From the NCBI GenBank assembly GCA_040218735.1, contig JAVJQW010000023.1:416001-480000 (forward strand): 64,000 nt of DNA, in the 5' to 3' direction. This stretch comes from Deltaproteobacteria bacterium. Lineage in GTDB: Bacteria; Myxococcota; Kuafuiibacteriia; Kuafuiibacteriales; Kuafuiibacteriaceae. Shown here in pieces: positions 37,764-47,856 of the stretch (within the stretch, counting starts at the first letter, position 1; the number at the start of each line of letters is the position of its first letter). Below the pieces are notes generated by a model. That model had not been told where the DNA came from. It did not search any database and worked only from the letters and a program-made list of their open reading frames with translations. The position numbers and the translations under genes were made by a program.

Positions 37764-38150
37764 GTGTTGCGCTTCTGCCGAGTGACCTTCGTTGCACTCT
37801 TGTTCGCCTGCGCGCCCGAGGTGGCGCCGACTGAGACGCCTGCGGCCGGTCCGGGGGTCCTCCGGAGCACGGCGTTCCCCGCCGACTTCGACTTCGCCAC
37901 GACCCGCAACGTCCAGATGCAAGTCCGGGCGGGCGCGCTGACCCTCCCGCGCGGCGCCGACATCGTCGAGGTCCGACGCACCGACGGGAGCCTCGTGTTC
38001 CAAGGCGCTCTGCGCGCCGGCGTGCCGCTCGACCTGAACCTCTCCCTCCCGAGCGCCGACCGCGAAGTGGAGATCCGCGTCGGGGGCGAACGCACCGTCC
38101 GCGCCGTGCGTGTCCCCGTCACCACCACCGAGCTCGATCTCGACTCCTGA
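37764..38150 (+). CDS. Small lipoprotein, partner of the LruC-domain protein
   Basis: Lipobox LFAC; FPADFDFATTRNV motif; ends 17 nt before the next gene. Confidence 0.7.
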   Translation: MLRFCRVTFVALLFACAPEVAPTETPAAGPGVLRSTAFPADFDFATTRNVQMQVRAGALTLPRGADIVEVRRTDGSLVFQGALRAGVPLDLNLSLPSADREVEIRVGGERTVRAVRVPVTTTELDLDS

Positions 38151-38167
38151 TCCGAAGGCCAGCCCCG

Positions 38168-41100
38168 ATGTTCACGAAGAAGACCACGCCCCTCGCCGTC
38201 GCCGCTGCGCTCTGCGTCGCTCCCGCTGCGTTCGCCCAGGACGCGGACACCGACTCCATCCCCGACAACGCGGACGCGTTCCCGTGTGACCCCGCGCTCG
38301 CCGGACTCATGTTCGCGCCGGGTGAGAACCAACACGGAATGCTGCTGTTCGAAGACCTCTGGCCAGAGGTCGCCGACGAGGACTTCAACGACGTCGCCCT
38401 CGCGTACAACTACGTCTACTTCCTCGACGCCAACAGCCAGGTCGTCCGCGTGCGCGCCACGCTCACGCCGCTCGCCCTCGGCGGCCTCTACGACAACGGC
38501 CTCGGCCTCCGCCTCCCGGTCGCCGCGTCGAACGTCGCAAGTGTCACGCGCACCATCGCGGGCGCGCCCGCCGAGACGCTCACGCCGTCGTCGACGGACG
38601 CGCAGCTGACGGTCATCGTCTCCGACAACCTTCGCGAGCTCTTCGGCGGCACCGCCGGCCCGATCAACGCCGACGCGACGACCAACCGAGTGCTCGGTCA
38701 GCGCATCGTCGTGGACGTCCAGCTCAGCACGCCCGTCGCGCAGTTCAGCGGCTCGGCGCCGCACGACCTGTACATCTTCCGCCTCAGCCACCCCGGGCTG
38801 GAGATTCACCAGCGCAACTACGCCGGCACTTCGCAGATGGACATCTCGTACTTCGGGACGCAGGACGACAACTCGAGCGCGGGCAACTGGTACGTCGATC
38901 AGTTCGGCCTCCCCTCGGCGCTCGTCGTTCCGCTGAGCGCGCCGTACCCGCAGGAGCTGACATCGATCGCGACGCTCTTCCCGAACATCATCACGTGGGC
39001 GCAGTCCGGCGGGGCGCAGAACCAGGACTTCTACGCGTCGAACGTCGCGTCCGCCTACGCGTACCAGGACGCGTCGGGTCAGGGTGCGTACACGCCGCCC
39101 GCGCCCGCGTCGATCCTGCGCGACCGCACCTGCGTCGCCACCGACGTCACGTTCAACCAGAACATCACGGTCGACGCGAGCAACATCGGCACGCTCGAGG
39201 ACCAGAACTGGATCATCCCGTCGGGCGTCACCGTCACCCTGCAATACGACCAGCCCTTCCGCGTGAACGCGCTGGACGTGCAAGGTGTCTTGCAGCACGC
39301 ATCGTGCTCGCTGTCGGGCTGCTCCTCGCTCCAGATCGAAGTCGCATCGGACGCGACCATCCACCCGGGCGGCGCGATTCGTGCGGACGGGCGCGGTTAC
39401 CTCGGATCGCGCCAGGCCGGGAACGGCTACACCGCGCGCACCCGCGGCAACGTCACCGCCAACGCGAGCGCTTCGACCGGCGGATCCCACGGCGGGTTCG
39501 GCGGCGCGGGCGGCACGGTCGCCAACACCTACGACGACGTCTACCACCCCGTCTTCCCGGGCTCGGGCGGGACGAGCGCCTCCAACTCGAACGCGTCCTA
39601 CCGCGGCGGCAACGGCGGCGGTGTCATCCGCCTCGACGTCGCGGGCACGCTCGCGATCAACGGACAGATCTCCGCCAACGGCGGACGGGGCGCGGCGTAC
39701 GACTCCGGCGGCGCGGGCGGCTCCATCTGGCTGACCGCGGGCAACGTCACCTCCACGCAGACCGGCGTCGCGGTGGTCGCGAACGGCGCCTACGGCTACT
39801 ACGCCGGCGGCGGCGGCGGACGCATCGCGATCTACGGGCCGCGCTCTGGCTGGACCGTGCCTGGCCACGTGCAGGCCGAGGGCGGCACGTCGCGCTCCTC
39901 CAACCTCTACGGCGGCCCCGGAACGATCGTGTACGGCGACACCGACGCGGCTGCGCAATCCAACTTGCTCGTCGACGCGACCTCGAACCGGAACGCGAAC
40001 TACTCCGACCTCCGCGTCGGCGCGTTCGGCAACGTTACCTCGGTCTCCGCCACGACCCTGAACACCGCGCGCACGCTGGAGCCCGGCGCCCTCGCGGGCC
40101 ACACACTTCGCCCCGACGCCGAGCAGCCCGCGACGGTCACGATCGTGAACAACACCGCCACGTCGATCACGATCACCGGCGGCGACCTCACCACGATGAC
40201 CGCGGCGGGCCGCCCGTTCTACGTCACCGACTACGCGACGCAGTTCAACAGCGTCTCGATCGGCCAGACGGCTCGCGTCGACGCGGGAGTGTTCAACGTC
40301 GCGGGTGACTTCGCGATCGCGGACAGCGCGCAGCTCGACATCTACGAGATCGCAGCGGACCGGATCCTCATGACGAACAGCGCGTCGATGAACACGTTCG
40401 ACAACACCGCGCGCATCTACAGCCAGGCCGACAGCACGGTGAACACCGCGTGGACCGTCAACGCCACCACGATGACGCTAGCGAACAGCGCTCGCCTCCG
40501 TTCGTGGGCCGGCACGCTCAGCCGCATCTACCCCCTCACGATCGTCGCCACGGATCTCGACATCGGTTCGGGCACGATCGTCGAGTCGGACGGGCGCGGC
40601 TACCTCGGCTCGCGCCAGGCCGGGAACGGCTACACGGCGCGGACCTTCGGAAACAACACGGCAAACGCCAGCGCCTCCACCGGCGGTTCCCACGGCGGCT
40701 ACGGCGGCGCGGGCGGCACCGTCGCGCAGCTCTACGGCAACCCGTACTTCCCGGACACCGCGGGCACCGGCGGGACCAGCGCGTCGAACTCGAACGCGTC
40801 CTACCGCGGCGGCAACGGTGGCGGCATCCTGCGGATCAGCGTCGCGAACCTCTTCACGCTCGACGGCGTCGTCTCCGCGGGCGGCGGGCGCGGCGCGGCC
40901 TACGACTCGGGCGGCGCGGGCGGCTCCATCTGGATCGACGCAAACCAGATCCTCCGCAACACCACCGGCGTCGCGCTCCGTGTGAACGGCGCCTACGGCT
41001 ACTACGCCGGCGGCGGCGGCGGACGCGTGGCCGTCCACTACGGCCAGCTCTCCGGGTGGGTCGTCGACAGCACCACCGTGCAGGCGCTCCCGGGCACCTC

Positions 41101-43558
41101 GCGTTCGTCCAACCTCTACGGCGGGCCCGGCACCATCCTCTACCGCCAACTCAGCGAGCCCAGCGGCCGCCTCCTGATCGCGTCACCGCACAACGCGACG
41201 TACTCCGACACGCAGCTCGGCGCGTACGGCACGGTCAACGCGGTCAACGGCCAGACCCTCACGGTCTCCGGGCGCCTCGTCCCCGGCTCGCTCGTCGGCA
41301 CCACCGTCAACCCGGACACCACGCAGGGGCAGACGTTCACCGTCGCGAGCAACACGACGAACGCAATCACCGTCGTCGAAGCCGGCCTCGACGCGGCCAC
41401 CGCGGCCGGCCGTTCGTTCTCGGTGCTCGACTACCAGACGCAGTTCGAGGAGGTGATCGTCGAGGGCGACGCCAACCTGAGCGTCGGGCAGCTCACGATC
41501 AGCCAGAACCTCGTCGTCCGCGACACCGCGACGCTCGACGCCCACGACATCTTCTCGACGAACGTCGACGTCTCGGGCGGCACCGACATCTACACGCGCA
41601 CGCTGGGCGGCGACGCCATCGTCCTCGGCGGCAGCAGCCTCACGACGCTACAGGATCTCCGCTCCACGACGCTCGACCTCACCGGCAACGCGACCGTCCG
41701 CAACTGGGCGCCGACACTCGCCGCCGTGTACCCGCTCTACATTCAAGCGAACACGATGACGCAGGCGACGAACGCCTCGATCCTCACCAGCGGCCGCGGC
41801 TACCTCGGCTCGCGCCAGGGCGGCAACGGCTACACAGCGCGCACGCTCGGCAACAACACCGCGAGCGCGAGCGCGTCGACCGGCGGCTCCCACGGCGGCT
41901 ACGGCGGCGCGGGCGGCACCGTGGCGGCGACGTACGGCGACCCCGTCTGGCCGCTGACCATCGGCGGCGGCGGCACGTCGGCGTCGAACTCCAACGCCTC
42001 CTACCGCGGCGGCAACGGCGGCAGCTCGATCCACATCGTCGTCGGCGGCATCTACACCCTCGACGGCTTCGTCCGCAGCGACGGCGGGCGCGGCGCGGCC
42101 TACGACTCGGGCGGCGCGGGCGGCTCCGTGCTCATCGAGGCGGGGACCATCAACAGCTCGGCCACCGGTCACCGCGTCACCGCCAACGGCGCGTACGGCT
42201 ACTACGCCGGCGGCGGCGGCGGGCGCGTCGCGCTCCACTACGACGCGATCAACGGCTTCGCCCCGGACGACGCGATGATCAGCGTCGGCGGCGGCGGTTC
42301 GCGGTCGTCGAACCTCTACGGCGGCAGCGGGACGATCGTCGCGTGGCCGCGCGCGCAGGTGAACCCGAACCTGCTCGTCACCGCGGCGGTCAACTTCAAC
42401 GCCACGTTCGGGCGCACGCCGATCGGCGCGTTCGGCAACGTGTCGTCGGTGAACCAGACGGTGCTCACGTCGTCGCGTCACCTCGAGCCGAACGTGCTCG
42501 TCGGCTTCGACCTCGTCCCGGACGCCGAAGACCCGGCGACCACGTTCCCGATCGTCGCGAACTCCGCGACCTCGATCACCGTGCTCGGCGACATGACGGG
42601 CGCGACGAGCCCGGGGCGGCGCTGGTACGTCGAAGGTTTCTCGACCACGTGGGAGGACGTCACGTTCCGCGGCGACGTCAACGTCGAAGCGGGTCACCTC
42701 GACGTCCTCGACGAGTACCTCCAGGAGGAGCAGGCGGACCTCTACCTGAGCCACCTCGACCTCGACCTCGCGCAGATCATCGACTCGGCGGTCATCACCG
42801 GCATCCGGCTCACCGCGAACGACCTCGACACCGCCGGCAGCCCGTACCTCCTGTTGCGTCTGTTGGAGAGCGCGACGCTCGACCTCGGCGGCTCGACCCG
42901 CGTCCACGCCTGGGCCCCGAGCCTCGCGGCCGTCTACGGCCTCACGGTCCTCGCCGACACCATGTCGATGGGCACCAACGCCCACCTCGACGCGACGGCG
43001 CGCGGTTACCTCGGCTCGCGCCAGGGCGGGAACGGCTACTCCGCGCGCACGAACGGCAACGTCACCGCGAGCGGCTCCGCGTCGACCGGTGGCTCCCACG
43101 GCGGGCTCGGCGGACCGGTGTCGGGCAACGTCACGCCGACCTTCGGCAGCGCGACGCAGCCGGTGACGTTCGGCGCGGGCGGCACCAGCGCTTCGAACTC
43201 CAACGCCTCGTACCGCGGCGGCAACGGCGGCAGCGCGGTGCGCGTCATCGTCGCCGGGGCGTTTGCGTTGGACGGCCGCATCCACGCGAGCGGCGGCCGC
43301 GGCGCGGCCTACGACTCGGGCGGCGCGGGCGGCAGCGTGTGGGTCACCGCGGGCAGCCTCAACGCCTCGGGCGGACGCCTCGAAGCGAACGGCGCGTACG
43401 GCTACTACGCCGGCGGCGGCGGCGGACGCATCGCCGTCGAAGCGGCGAACGTGTCGGACTGGGCGTCGAGCGGGATCACCGCGACCGTCACCGAGGGGAC
43501 CTCGCGCTCGACCAACCTCTACGGTCAGCCCGGAACGCTCAGCCTCAACGGCGGCTGA
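38168..43558 (+). CDS. Large secreted protein: LruC/DUF4842-like N-terminal domain plus four Gly-rich repeat modules
   Basis: Signal peptide; DTDSIPDNADAFPCDP; LLFEDLWP..DEDFNDV (LruC-like); four near-identical GRGYLGSRQ...GGGGGR modules. Confidence 0.85.
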   Translation: MFTKKTTPLAVAAALCVAPAAFAQDADTDSIPDNADAFPCDPALAGLMFAPGENQHGMLLFEDLWPEVADEDFNDVALAYNYVYFLDANSQVVRVRATLTPLALGGLYDNGLGLRLPVAASNVASVTRTIAGAPAETLTPSSTDAQLTVIVSDNLRELFGGTAGPINADATTNRVLGQRIVVDVQLSTPVAQFSGSAPHDLYIFRLSHPGLEIHQRNYAGTSQMDISYFGTQDDNSSAGNWYVDQFGLPSALVVPLSAPYPQELTSIATLFPNIITWAQSGGAQNQDFYASNVASAYAYQDASGQGAYTPPAPASILRDRTCVATDVTFNQNITVDASNIGTLEDQNWIIPSGVTVTLQYDQPFRVNALDVQGVLQHASCSLSGCSSLQIEVASDATIHPGGAIRADGRGYLGSRQAGNGYTARTRGNVTANASASTGGSHGGFGGAGGTVANTYDDVYHPVFPGSGGTSASNSNASYRGGNGGGVIRLDVAGTLAINGQISANGGRGAAYDSGGAGGSIWLTAGNVTSTQTGVAVVANGAYGYYAGGGGGRIAIYGPRSGWTVPGHVQAEGGTSRSSNLYGGPGTIVYGDTDAAAQSNLLVDATSNRNANYSDLRVGAFGNVTSVSATTLNTARTLEPGALAGHTLRPDAEQPATVTIVNNTATSITITGGDLTTMTAAGRPFYVTDYATQFNSVSIGQTARVDAGVFNVAGDFAIADSAQLDIYEIAADRILMTNSASMNTFDNTARIYSQADSTVNTAWTVNATTMTLANSARLRSWAGTLSRIYPLTIVATDLDIGSGTIVESDGRGYLGSRQAGNGYTARTFGNNTANASASTGGSHGGYGGAGGTVAQLYGNPYFPDTAGTGGTSASNSNASYRGGNGGGILRISVANLFTLDGVVSAGGGRGAAYDSGGAGGSIWIDANQILRNTTGVALRVNGAYGYYAGGGGGRVAVHYGQLSGWVVDSTTVQALPGTSRSSNLYGGPGTILYRQLSEPSGRLLIASPHNATYSDTQLGAYGTVNAVNGQTLTVSGRLVPGSLVGTTVNPDTTQGQTFTVASNTTNAITVVEAGLDAATAAGRSFSVLDYQTQFEEVIVEGDANLSVGQLTISQNLVVRDTATLDAHDIFSTNVDVSGGTDIYTRTLGGDAIVLGGSSLTTLQDLRSTTLDLTGNATVRNWAPTLAAVYPLYIQANTMTQATNASILTSGRGYLGSRQGGNGYTARTLGNNTASASASTGGSHGGYGGAGGTVAATYGDPVWPLTIGGGGTSASNSNASYRGGNGGSSIHIVVGGIYTLDGFVRSDGGRGAAYDSGGAGGSVLIEAGTINSSATGHRVTANGAYGYYAGGGGGRVALHYDAINGFAPDDAMISVGGGGSRSSNLYGGSGTIVAWPRAQVNPNLLVTAAVNFNATFGRTPIGAFGNVSSVNQTVLTSSRHLEPNVLVGFDLVPDAEDPATTFPIVANSATSITVLGDMTGATSPGRRWYVEGFSTTWEDVTFRGDVNVEAGHLDVLDEYLQEEQADLYLSHLDLDLAQIIDSAVITGIRLTANDLDTAGSPYLLLRLLESATLDLGGSTRVHAWAPSLAAVYGLTVLADTMSMGTNAHLDATARGYLGSRQGGNGYSARTNGNVTASGSASTGGSHGGLGGPVSGNVTPTFGSATQPVTFGAGGTSASNSNASYRGGNGGSAVRVIVAGAFALDGRIHASGGRGAAYDSGGAGGSVWVTAGSLNASGGRLEANGAYGYYAGGGGGRIAVEAANVSDWASSGITATVTEGTSRSTNLYGQPGTLSLNGG
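39388..43555 (+). repeat. Four intragenic repeats with about 1.2 kb period
   Basis: CGCGG(T/C)TACCTCGG..CGCGCCAGG..GG.AACGGCTAC recurs near 39390, 40595, 41795 and 43000. Confidence 0.85.
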
Positions 43559-44426
43559 GCCGCTCCGCGATCGCCGCGACGTGCTGCGGGCCCGTCCCGC
43601 AGCACCCCCCGACCAGCTTCGCCCCCGCCTCGACCCAGCGCACTGCGCGGTCGGCGTAGTGTTCACACGACGCCGACGCGCCGTGCCAACGTCCGTCCAC
43701 CCAGCGTCGACCGTCATTGGCGTAGACACCGACGGGCGCGTCCGTCGCGGCGAGGAGTCGTTCGAGCGGCGCGTCGACCTCGTCGACCGGTATGCACTGG
43801 ACGAAGAACACCGAGACCCGCTCCCCGAGGATGGCGACGGCGTCTTCGATCGCGAGCCCGGAGCGCATCGCACCGTCCGCACGACACACCAGCCCCACCC
43901 CCACCGGCACGCGATCGTCGAGCAGCGCAGCGACACCTTCGACGTCCGCCTTCGTCGTGAGCATCTCGAACAACACGATGTCCGGTGCGAGCTCCACGAG
44001 CGCCTCGAACTGCACCCGCAAACGTTCCGTGACCTCCGCCGCCGTCAGCGAGGCCTCCTCGGCGTACGGCACGTCCGGTGATGCAAGGCAGCCTGCAATC
44101 CACGTCCCCGCGCTCCGGGCGCTCTCGATCGCCGCGCGGTGCAGCCGACGCAGGAACGTGTCCGCGGGCGTCGGGTCGCCCCTGGCTTCGAGGTACGCCG
44201 CGCAGTGACGAAGCGACAGGTTGTGGGTGTTTGCGATCAGCAGCTCGGCGCCGGCGTCGCGGTAAGCCCGGTGCAACCGCTCGTTGAGCGCGCGACCCTC
44301 CGGCGTGAGGAGGGCCGCGCTCCCCCACAGGGGGTTGTCGACGTCGACGCCCGCCGCCTCGATCTCGGAACCCATCGCGCCGTCCACCACGACCGGCGCG
44401 TCTTCCGTCAATCGTTCGAGCAACAC
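43545..44426 (-). CDS. Homocysteine S-methyltransferase family protein
   Basis: VVDGAMGSEI, LHRAYRDAGA, VGVYAN, Zn-ligand motif LVGGCCGTGPQHV. Confidence 0.88.
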   Translation of the reverse strand: MLLERLTEDAPVVVDGAMGSEIEAAGVDVDNPLWGSAALLTPEGRALNERLHRAYRDAGAELLIANTHNLSLRHCAAYLEARGDPTPADTFLRRLHRAAIESARSAGTWIAGCLASPDVPYAEEASLTAAEVTERLRVQFEALVELAPDIVLFEMLTTKADVEGVAALLDDRVPVGVGLVCRADGAMRSGLAIEDAVAILGERVSVFFVQCIPVDEVDAPLERLLAATDAPVGVYANDGRRWVDGRWHGASASCEHYADRAVRWVEAGAKLVGGCCGTGPQHVAAIAERLSRR

Positions 44427-44443
44427 GCGGGCGAAGATACGCC

Positions 44444-45814
44444 TCAGAACGTCATCACGCGACCGTGTCCGAGCTCCTTGATGAACCGATCGATCACGCG
44501 ACGATCCGTGCCCTTCGGGAACGCCATGATCGCCCCCGCGCCGTCGTTCCGGAACGGGCCGTCCGGGTCCTTCAGCAGATCGTCGGCGCGACGGAACTTC
44601 TCGAGCGAGTCACGCACCGCGTCCTCGTCGATCTTGCCGTTGCGCATGGCCTTGGCCTCACCGCCCACGAGCACACCGTAGCGTCCACGCCCCGTGGTCA
44701 TCATCAGATCGACCTCGGTGTCGCCGAACTCCTGGTTCCAACGACGCACGTCGAAGCCTTGCTTGCGCAGACCGTCCTCCGCGGCGATCTCCCGCAGCTC
44801 CCCGGTGATGCGTTTGGTGTCGCCGACGTCCGGTCGCGGCGCGCCCTTCTTCTTGAAGAGCCCGCGCACCATGTCGATGCCCTTCTTCGCCCAGTTCTTC
44901 GGGTTGCCGAGCTGCGCGATCGTCGTCGCGACGCCGAGCGCCGCCCCCACGTTCCCGTCCGTCCCCTTCGCCGGATCGAACTTCGGGATGCGACCGTCCT
45001 CCATGCGCTTCTGCAGCTCCTGGAGCTGGGCCTGGGACTTCGACTCCCCCGCCGCCTGCGCGAGCATCCCCGGGATGCCGGTCGCCGCGATGAACTCACC
45101 GGCGAGCGCGCGTCCCGGGATGCCATCCACCTTGTCGAGCAGCTGCGCGTTGGTCATCTCGGACGGCGGCGTGGAGCCCGCCACGCGGTGCTGCGCGAGG
45201 CGGTTCGCCTCCCCGAGCGTCTTGTAGGTCTCGGCCGCCTTCGCGTCGTCGCGCCGAGCGAGCGCCGTGTCGCTCCGCGCGAGCTCCCGCCACGACTTCT
45301 CCGACCAGGGCGCGGTCTTGTCCCCGAACTGGTACTGCCGCTGCGTCTCACGCGACAGCTCCGCGAGCTCGGGGTTGTTGAAGTCGCGGTTCTTCGTCGC
45401 GTCCGAGAAGCGTCGATCGATCTCCCCGTGCAGCGCCTTCCACCCGTCGGGCGTAACGTTCTTGCCGAAGCCCATGTCCTTCGCGTCGACGCCCTTCACG
45501 GTTTGTGTGAGCTCGGGCGTCGTCATGCCCTTCAGACGCTCCGCCATCTGCGTCTGCGACAGCGTCGTGTCCGCGAGGAACGACGCCGGGTTGTCCTTCG
45601 ACCGCGCGCCGTTCACATCCGCGACCTTGAAGGTGTCCGGCGTGTGCGTCGTGCCGGCGGTCTGGAGCGCCTGCCCCGAGACGTCGCGCCCGTTCACCTC
45701 GTCCGCCGCCTTGGTGACCTCCGCTAGGTCGGCGCCCGTAGGCTGTTTGTCGTCGTTGGCGCGCTCGGTGGCGCGCACTCGGGTTCGATCGTTGTCGACA
45801 GTCGTATCGGTCAT
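44444..45814 (-). CDS. Hypothetical protein with C-terminal PD-(D/E)XK (YraN/REase-like) nuclease domain; candidate toxin
   Basis: GELREIAAEDGLRKQGF..EVDLMM..VGGEAK pattern; ATG 45814 preceded by GAGG. Confidence 0.6.
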   Translation of the reverse strand: MTDTTVDNDRTRVRATERANDDKQPTGADLAEVTKAADEVNGRDVSGQALQTAGTTHTPDTFKVADVNGARSKDNPASFLADTTLSQTQMAERLKGMTTPELTQTVKGVDAKDMGFGKNVTPDGWKALHGEIDRRFSDATKNRDFNNPELAELSRETQRQYQFGDKTAPWSEKSWRELARSDTALARRDDAKAAETYKTLGEANRLAQHRVAGSTPPSEMTNAQLLDKVDGIPGRALAGEFIAATGIPGMLAQAAGESKSQAQLQELQKRMEDGRIPKFDPAKGTDGNVGAALGVATTIAQLGNPKNWAKKGIDMVRGLFKKKGAPRPDVGDTKRITGELREIAAEDGLRKQGFDVRRWNQEFGDTEVDLMMTTGRGRYGVLVGGEAKAMRNGKIDEDAVRDSLEKFRRADDLLKDPDGPFRNDGAGAIMAFPKGTDRRVIDRFIKELGHGRVMTF

Positions 45815-45819
45815 CTTCT

Positions 45820-46323
45820 TCACCTCACGCGCCGCACACGCGGCACGCCGATCCCGCCGGCGACGTCGAGAAACTCACGCAGCGGTATGGTCCCTTCAAT
45901 AGATTCGTTTCGATCGTGCACGGGCGCGTCGAGGTCGACCGCCCTCCCCTCGCGCCGACGGAAGCGACGCGTCTCGTCGATGTGCTCCGCGTGGATCAGC
46001 TGGAGCTGAACGACGCGCAACGCCTCCGGCTCCGCCGCGAGCAACGCGCGCATCCGCAGGGCGACCCCGGGCGACTCGAGCTTGCCGTCGAACGCGGCGG
46101 CCAACGCGAGGTACCGGTAGAGCTCCGCCTTCGCCTGTCGGGTCTCGGCCGCCGCGGCGAGCGCGCGGCGAATAGCCTCGAACGCGTGCGCCGGCAGCGC
46201 GAAGCGCTCCTCGGTCCCGACTTCGAGGTTCGACGTGACGACGTGCTCCAACCGATTCACGAGATCTTGTTTCGGCGGAGGCACGAAGAACGTTGCGCGC
46301 CGCAGAACGAATACCCAAATCAA
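45820..46323 (-). CDS. Hypothetical helical protein coupled to the nuclease-domain gene
   Basis: Stop lies 5 nt before the downstream ATG; start uncertain. Confidence 0.55.
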   Translation of the reverse strand: MIWVFVLRRATFFVPPPKQDLVNRLEHVVTSNLEVGTEERFALPAHAFEAIRRALAAAAETRQAKAELYRYLALAAAFDGKLESPGVALRMRALLAAEPEALRVVQLQLIHAEHIDETRRFRRREGRAVDLDAPVHDRNESIEGTIPLREFLDVAGGIGVPRVRRVR

Positions 46324-46546
46324 TACAGATACTTACGTGGTGAGATCGAGACCCCGTCCGCCCCACCTGAACGGCGCGAGCGCCGAGCCATAGAAGTCGT
46401 CGCGATTGTCGAGACCTACGATCGTGTGTGGCGCATTCAGTGTGGGGCGAACGTCCCGGCGCCGATCTTCGACGCTGGTTCGCGGGTCGGGTGCACGTTG
46501 AACACGAACGCGCGTCCGTCGACCGTCGGTCCACAACGCAGAGCGG

Positions 46547-47854
46547 ATGGAGGAGGCTTCGGCGATGCGGCGTTCGGCCCTCCTCATCACCGCGGTCACC
46601 CTCGCCGGGTGCACCGGCAACGACCTCTTGAACCAGGTCACCGACCGCGACGCCGGTCCACGACGCGACGGTGGAGGGAACGTCTCACCGTTCGACGCCG
46701 GCTCCCTCGACGGTGGTTCGCGAGACGGCGGCAACGTGACGGACGGTGGCGCGAGGGACGGCGGCGCCGCGACGTCCTGTGGCTTCGACGCGCTCGGCGA
46801 TCCGGATCGACCGCGGGTCCTCCTCGTCGGCCACGGATTCACCGCGGACCCCAACACCCCCGGTACCCAGGTGCGCTCCATGTCGGTCGCCGCGGACGGC
46901 AACCTCGTCGACGACGGCGTCCGCGTGAACGTCGGCTTCCGCCCGGCGCGGATCGAGTTCCTCCCCTTCGGCGGCATCGCGCTGGTGCTCGGCGAAGACG
47001 GCGAAGTCGCCTCGCTCGCGGTGGACGGCGCCGCCAACGTCACGGTCGTCGACACCGTCGCGCTCGAGCCCGCGTTGTTCGGCGACCTCCGCATCGCCCC
47101 GGACGGCGAGTCCGCCTTCGCGGTGGGCTTCGACAGCTCCCCGACCGCCGGCATCTCCACCGTCCGCATCGCGTGCGACGGCCAGCTCACCGTCGACACC
47201 AACGCGTTCTTCCCGCTGCGGCTCCCGCAGTCCCTCGTCCCGGTCGGCCAAGACCGCTGGGTCATCCTCGGCGGCCAAGCGGTGTTCGACCCGATCGACG
47301 ACGACGACGTGCGCCTCCTCTCCGTCTCCGCCGGCGGCTTCACATCCGTCGTCACCGCCGACATCTACACCGACGCGATCTCCGCCGACCGCATCGCCGC
47401 CAAACACGACGGCTCGACCGTGCTGATCCCGAACAACTCGGGCTTCTCGACCAAGACCGAGCAACTCGCGATCGTCGACGTCGTCGGCGACACCCTCGTC
47501 GACCGCGGGCGCATCACGGGCCTCACCGATCCCGCCGACGTCCTGTGGTCCGCCGACGACCAGACCGCGCTCGTAGCGCTCTTCCAACCCGGCCGCGTCG
47601 CCGTGCTCGCCGACCAGGGCAACGGCCTGACCGAGGTCGACCGCATTACGGGCATCGGCCTCGCCGGGCAGATGGCTCCGATCGAGCGCGGCATGTTGAA
47701 CGGGCGCGTCTTCGTCAGCTCGGTGGACGCAAACGGCTTCCCGAACATCGCGCGCCTCGCGATCCAGGGGCCGGGGGTGGTCGTGAGCCTCGGCGACTTC
47801 GACTTCGCGGACGGCAGCGAGAACATCCCGTCGACGATCGCGGTGACGCCGTAG
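46547..47854 (+). CDS. Beta-propeller lipoprotein (lactonase/YVTN-like)
   Basis: Lipobox LAGC; RDGG linker; propeller-like repeats (IAPDGESAF, DGSTVLI, WSADDQTALV); start may be ATG 46565. Confidence 0.75.
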   Translation: MEEASAMRRSALLITAVTLAGCTGNDLLNQVTDRDAGPRRDGGGNVSPFDAGSLDGGSRDGGNVTDGGARDGGAATSCGFDALGDPDRPRVLLVGHGFTADPNTPGTQVRSMSVAADGNLVDDGVRVNVGFRPARIEFLPFGGIALVLGEDGEVASLAVDGAANVTVVDTVALEPALFGDLRIAPDGESAFAVGFDSSPTAGISTVRIACDGQLTVDTNAFFPLRLPQSLVPVGQDRWVILGGQAVFDPIDDDDVRLLSVSAGGFTSVVTADIYTDAISADRIAAKHDGSTVLIPNNSGFSTKTEQLAIVDVVGDTLVDRGRITGLTDPADVLWSADDQTALVALFQPGRVAVLADQGNGLTEVDRITGIGLAGQMAPIERGMLNGRVFVSSVDANGFPNIARLAIQGPGVVVSLGDFDFADGSENIPSTIAVTP

Positions 47855-47856
47855 CG

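Noticed and set aside
40450-43659. 1069-aa Arg-rich alternative-frame ORF inside the LruC gene
   Set aside because: Frame-shifted reading of GGC-rich codons; not protein-like
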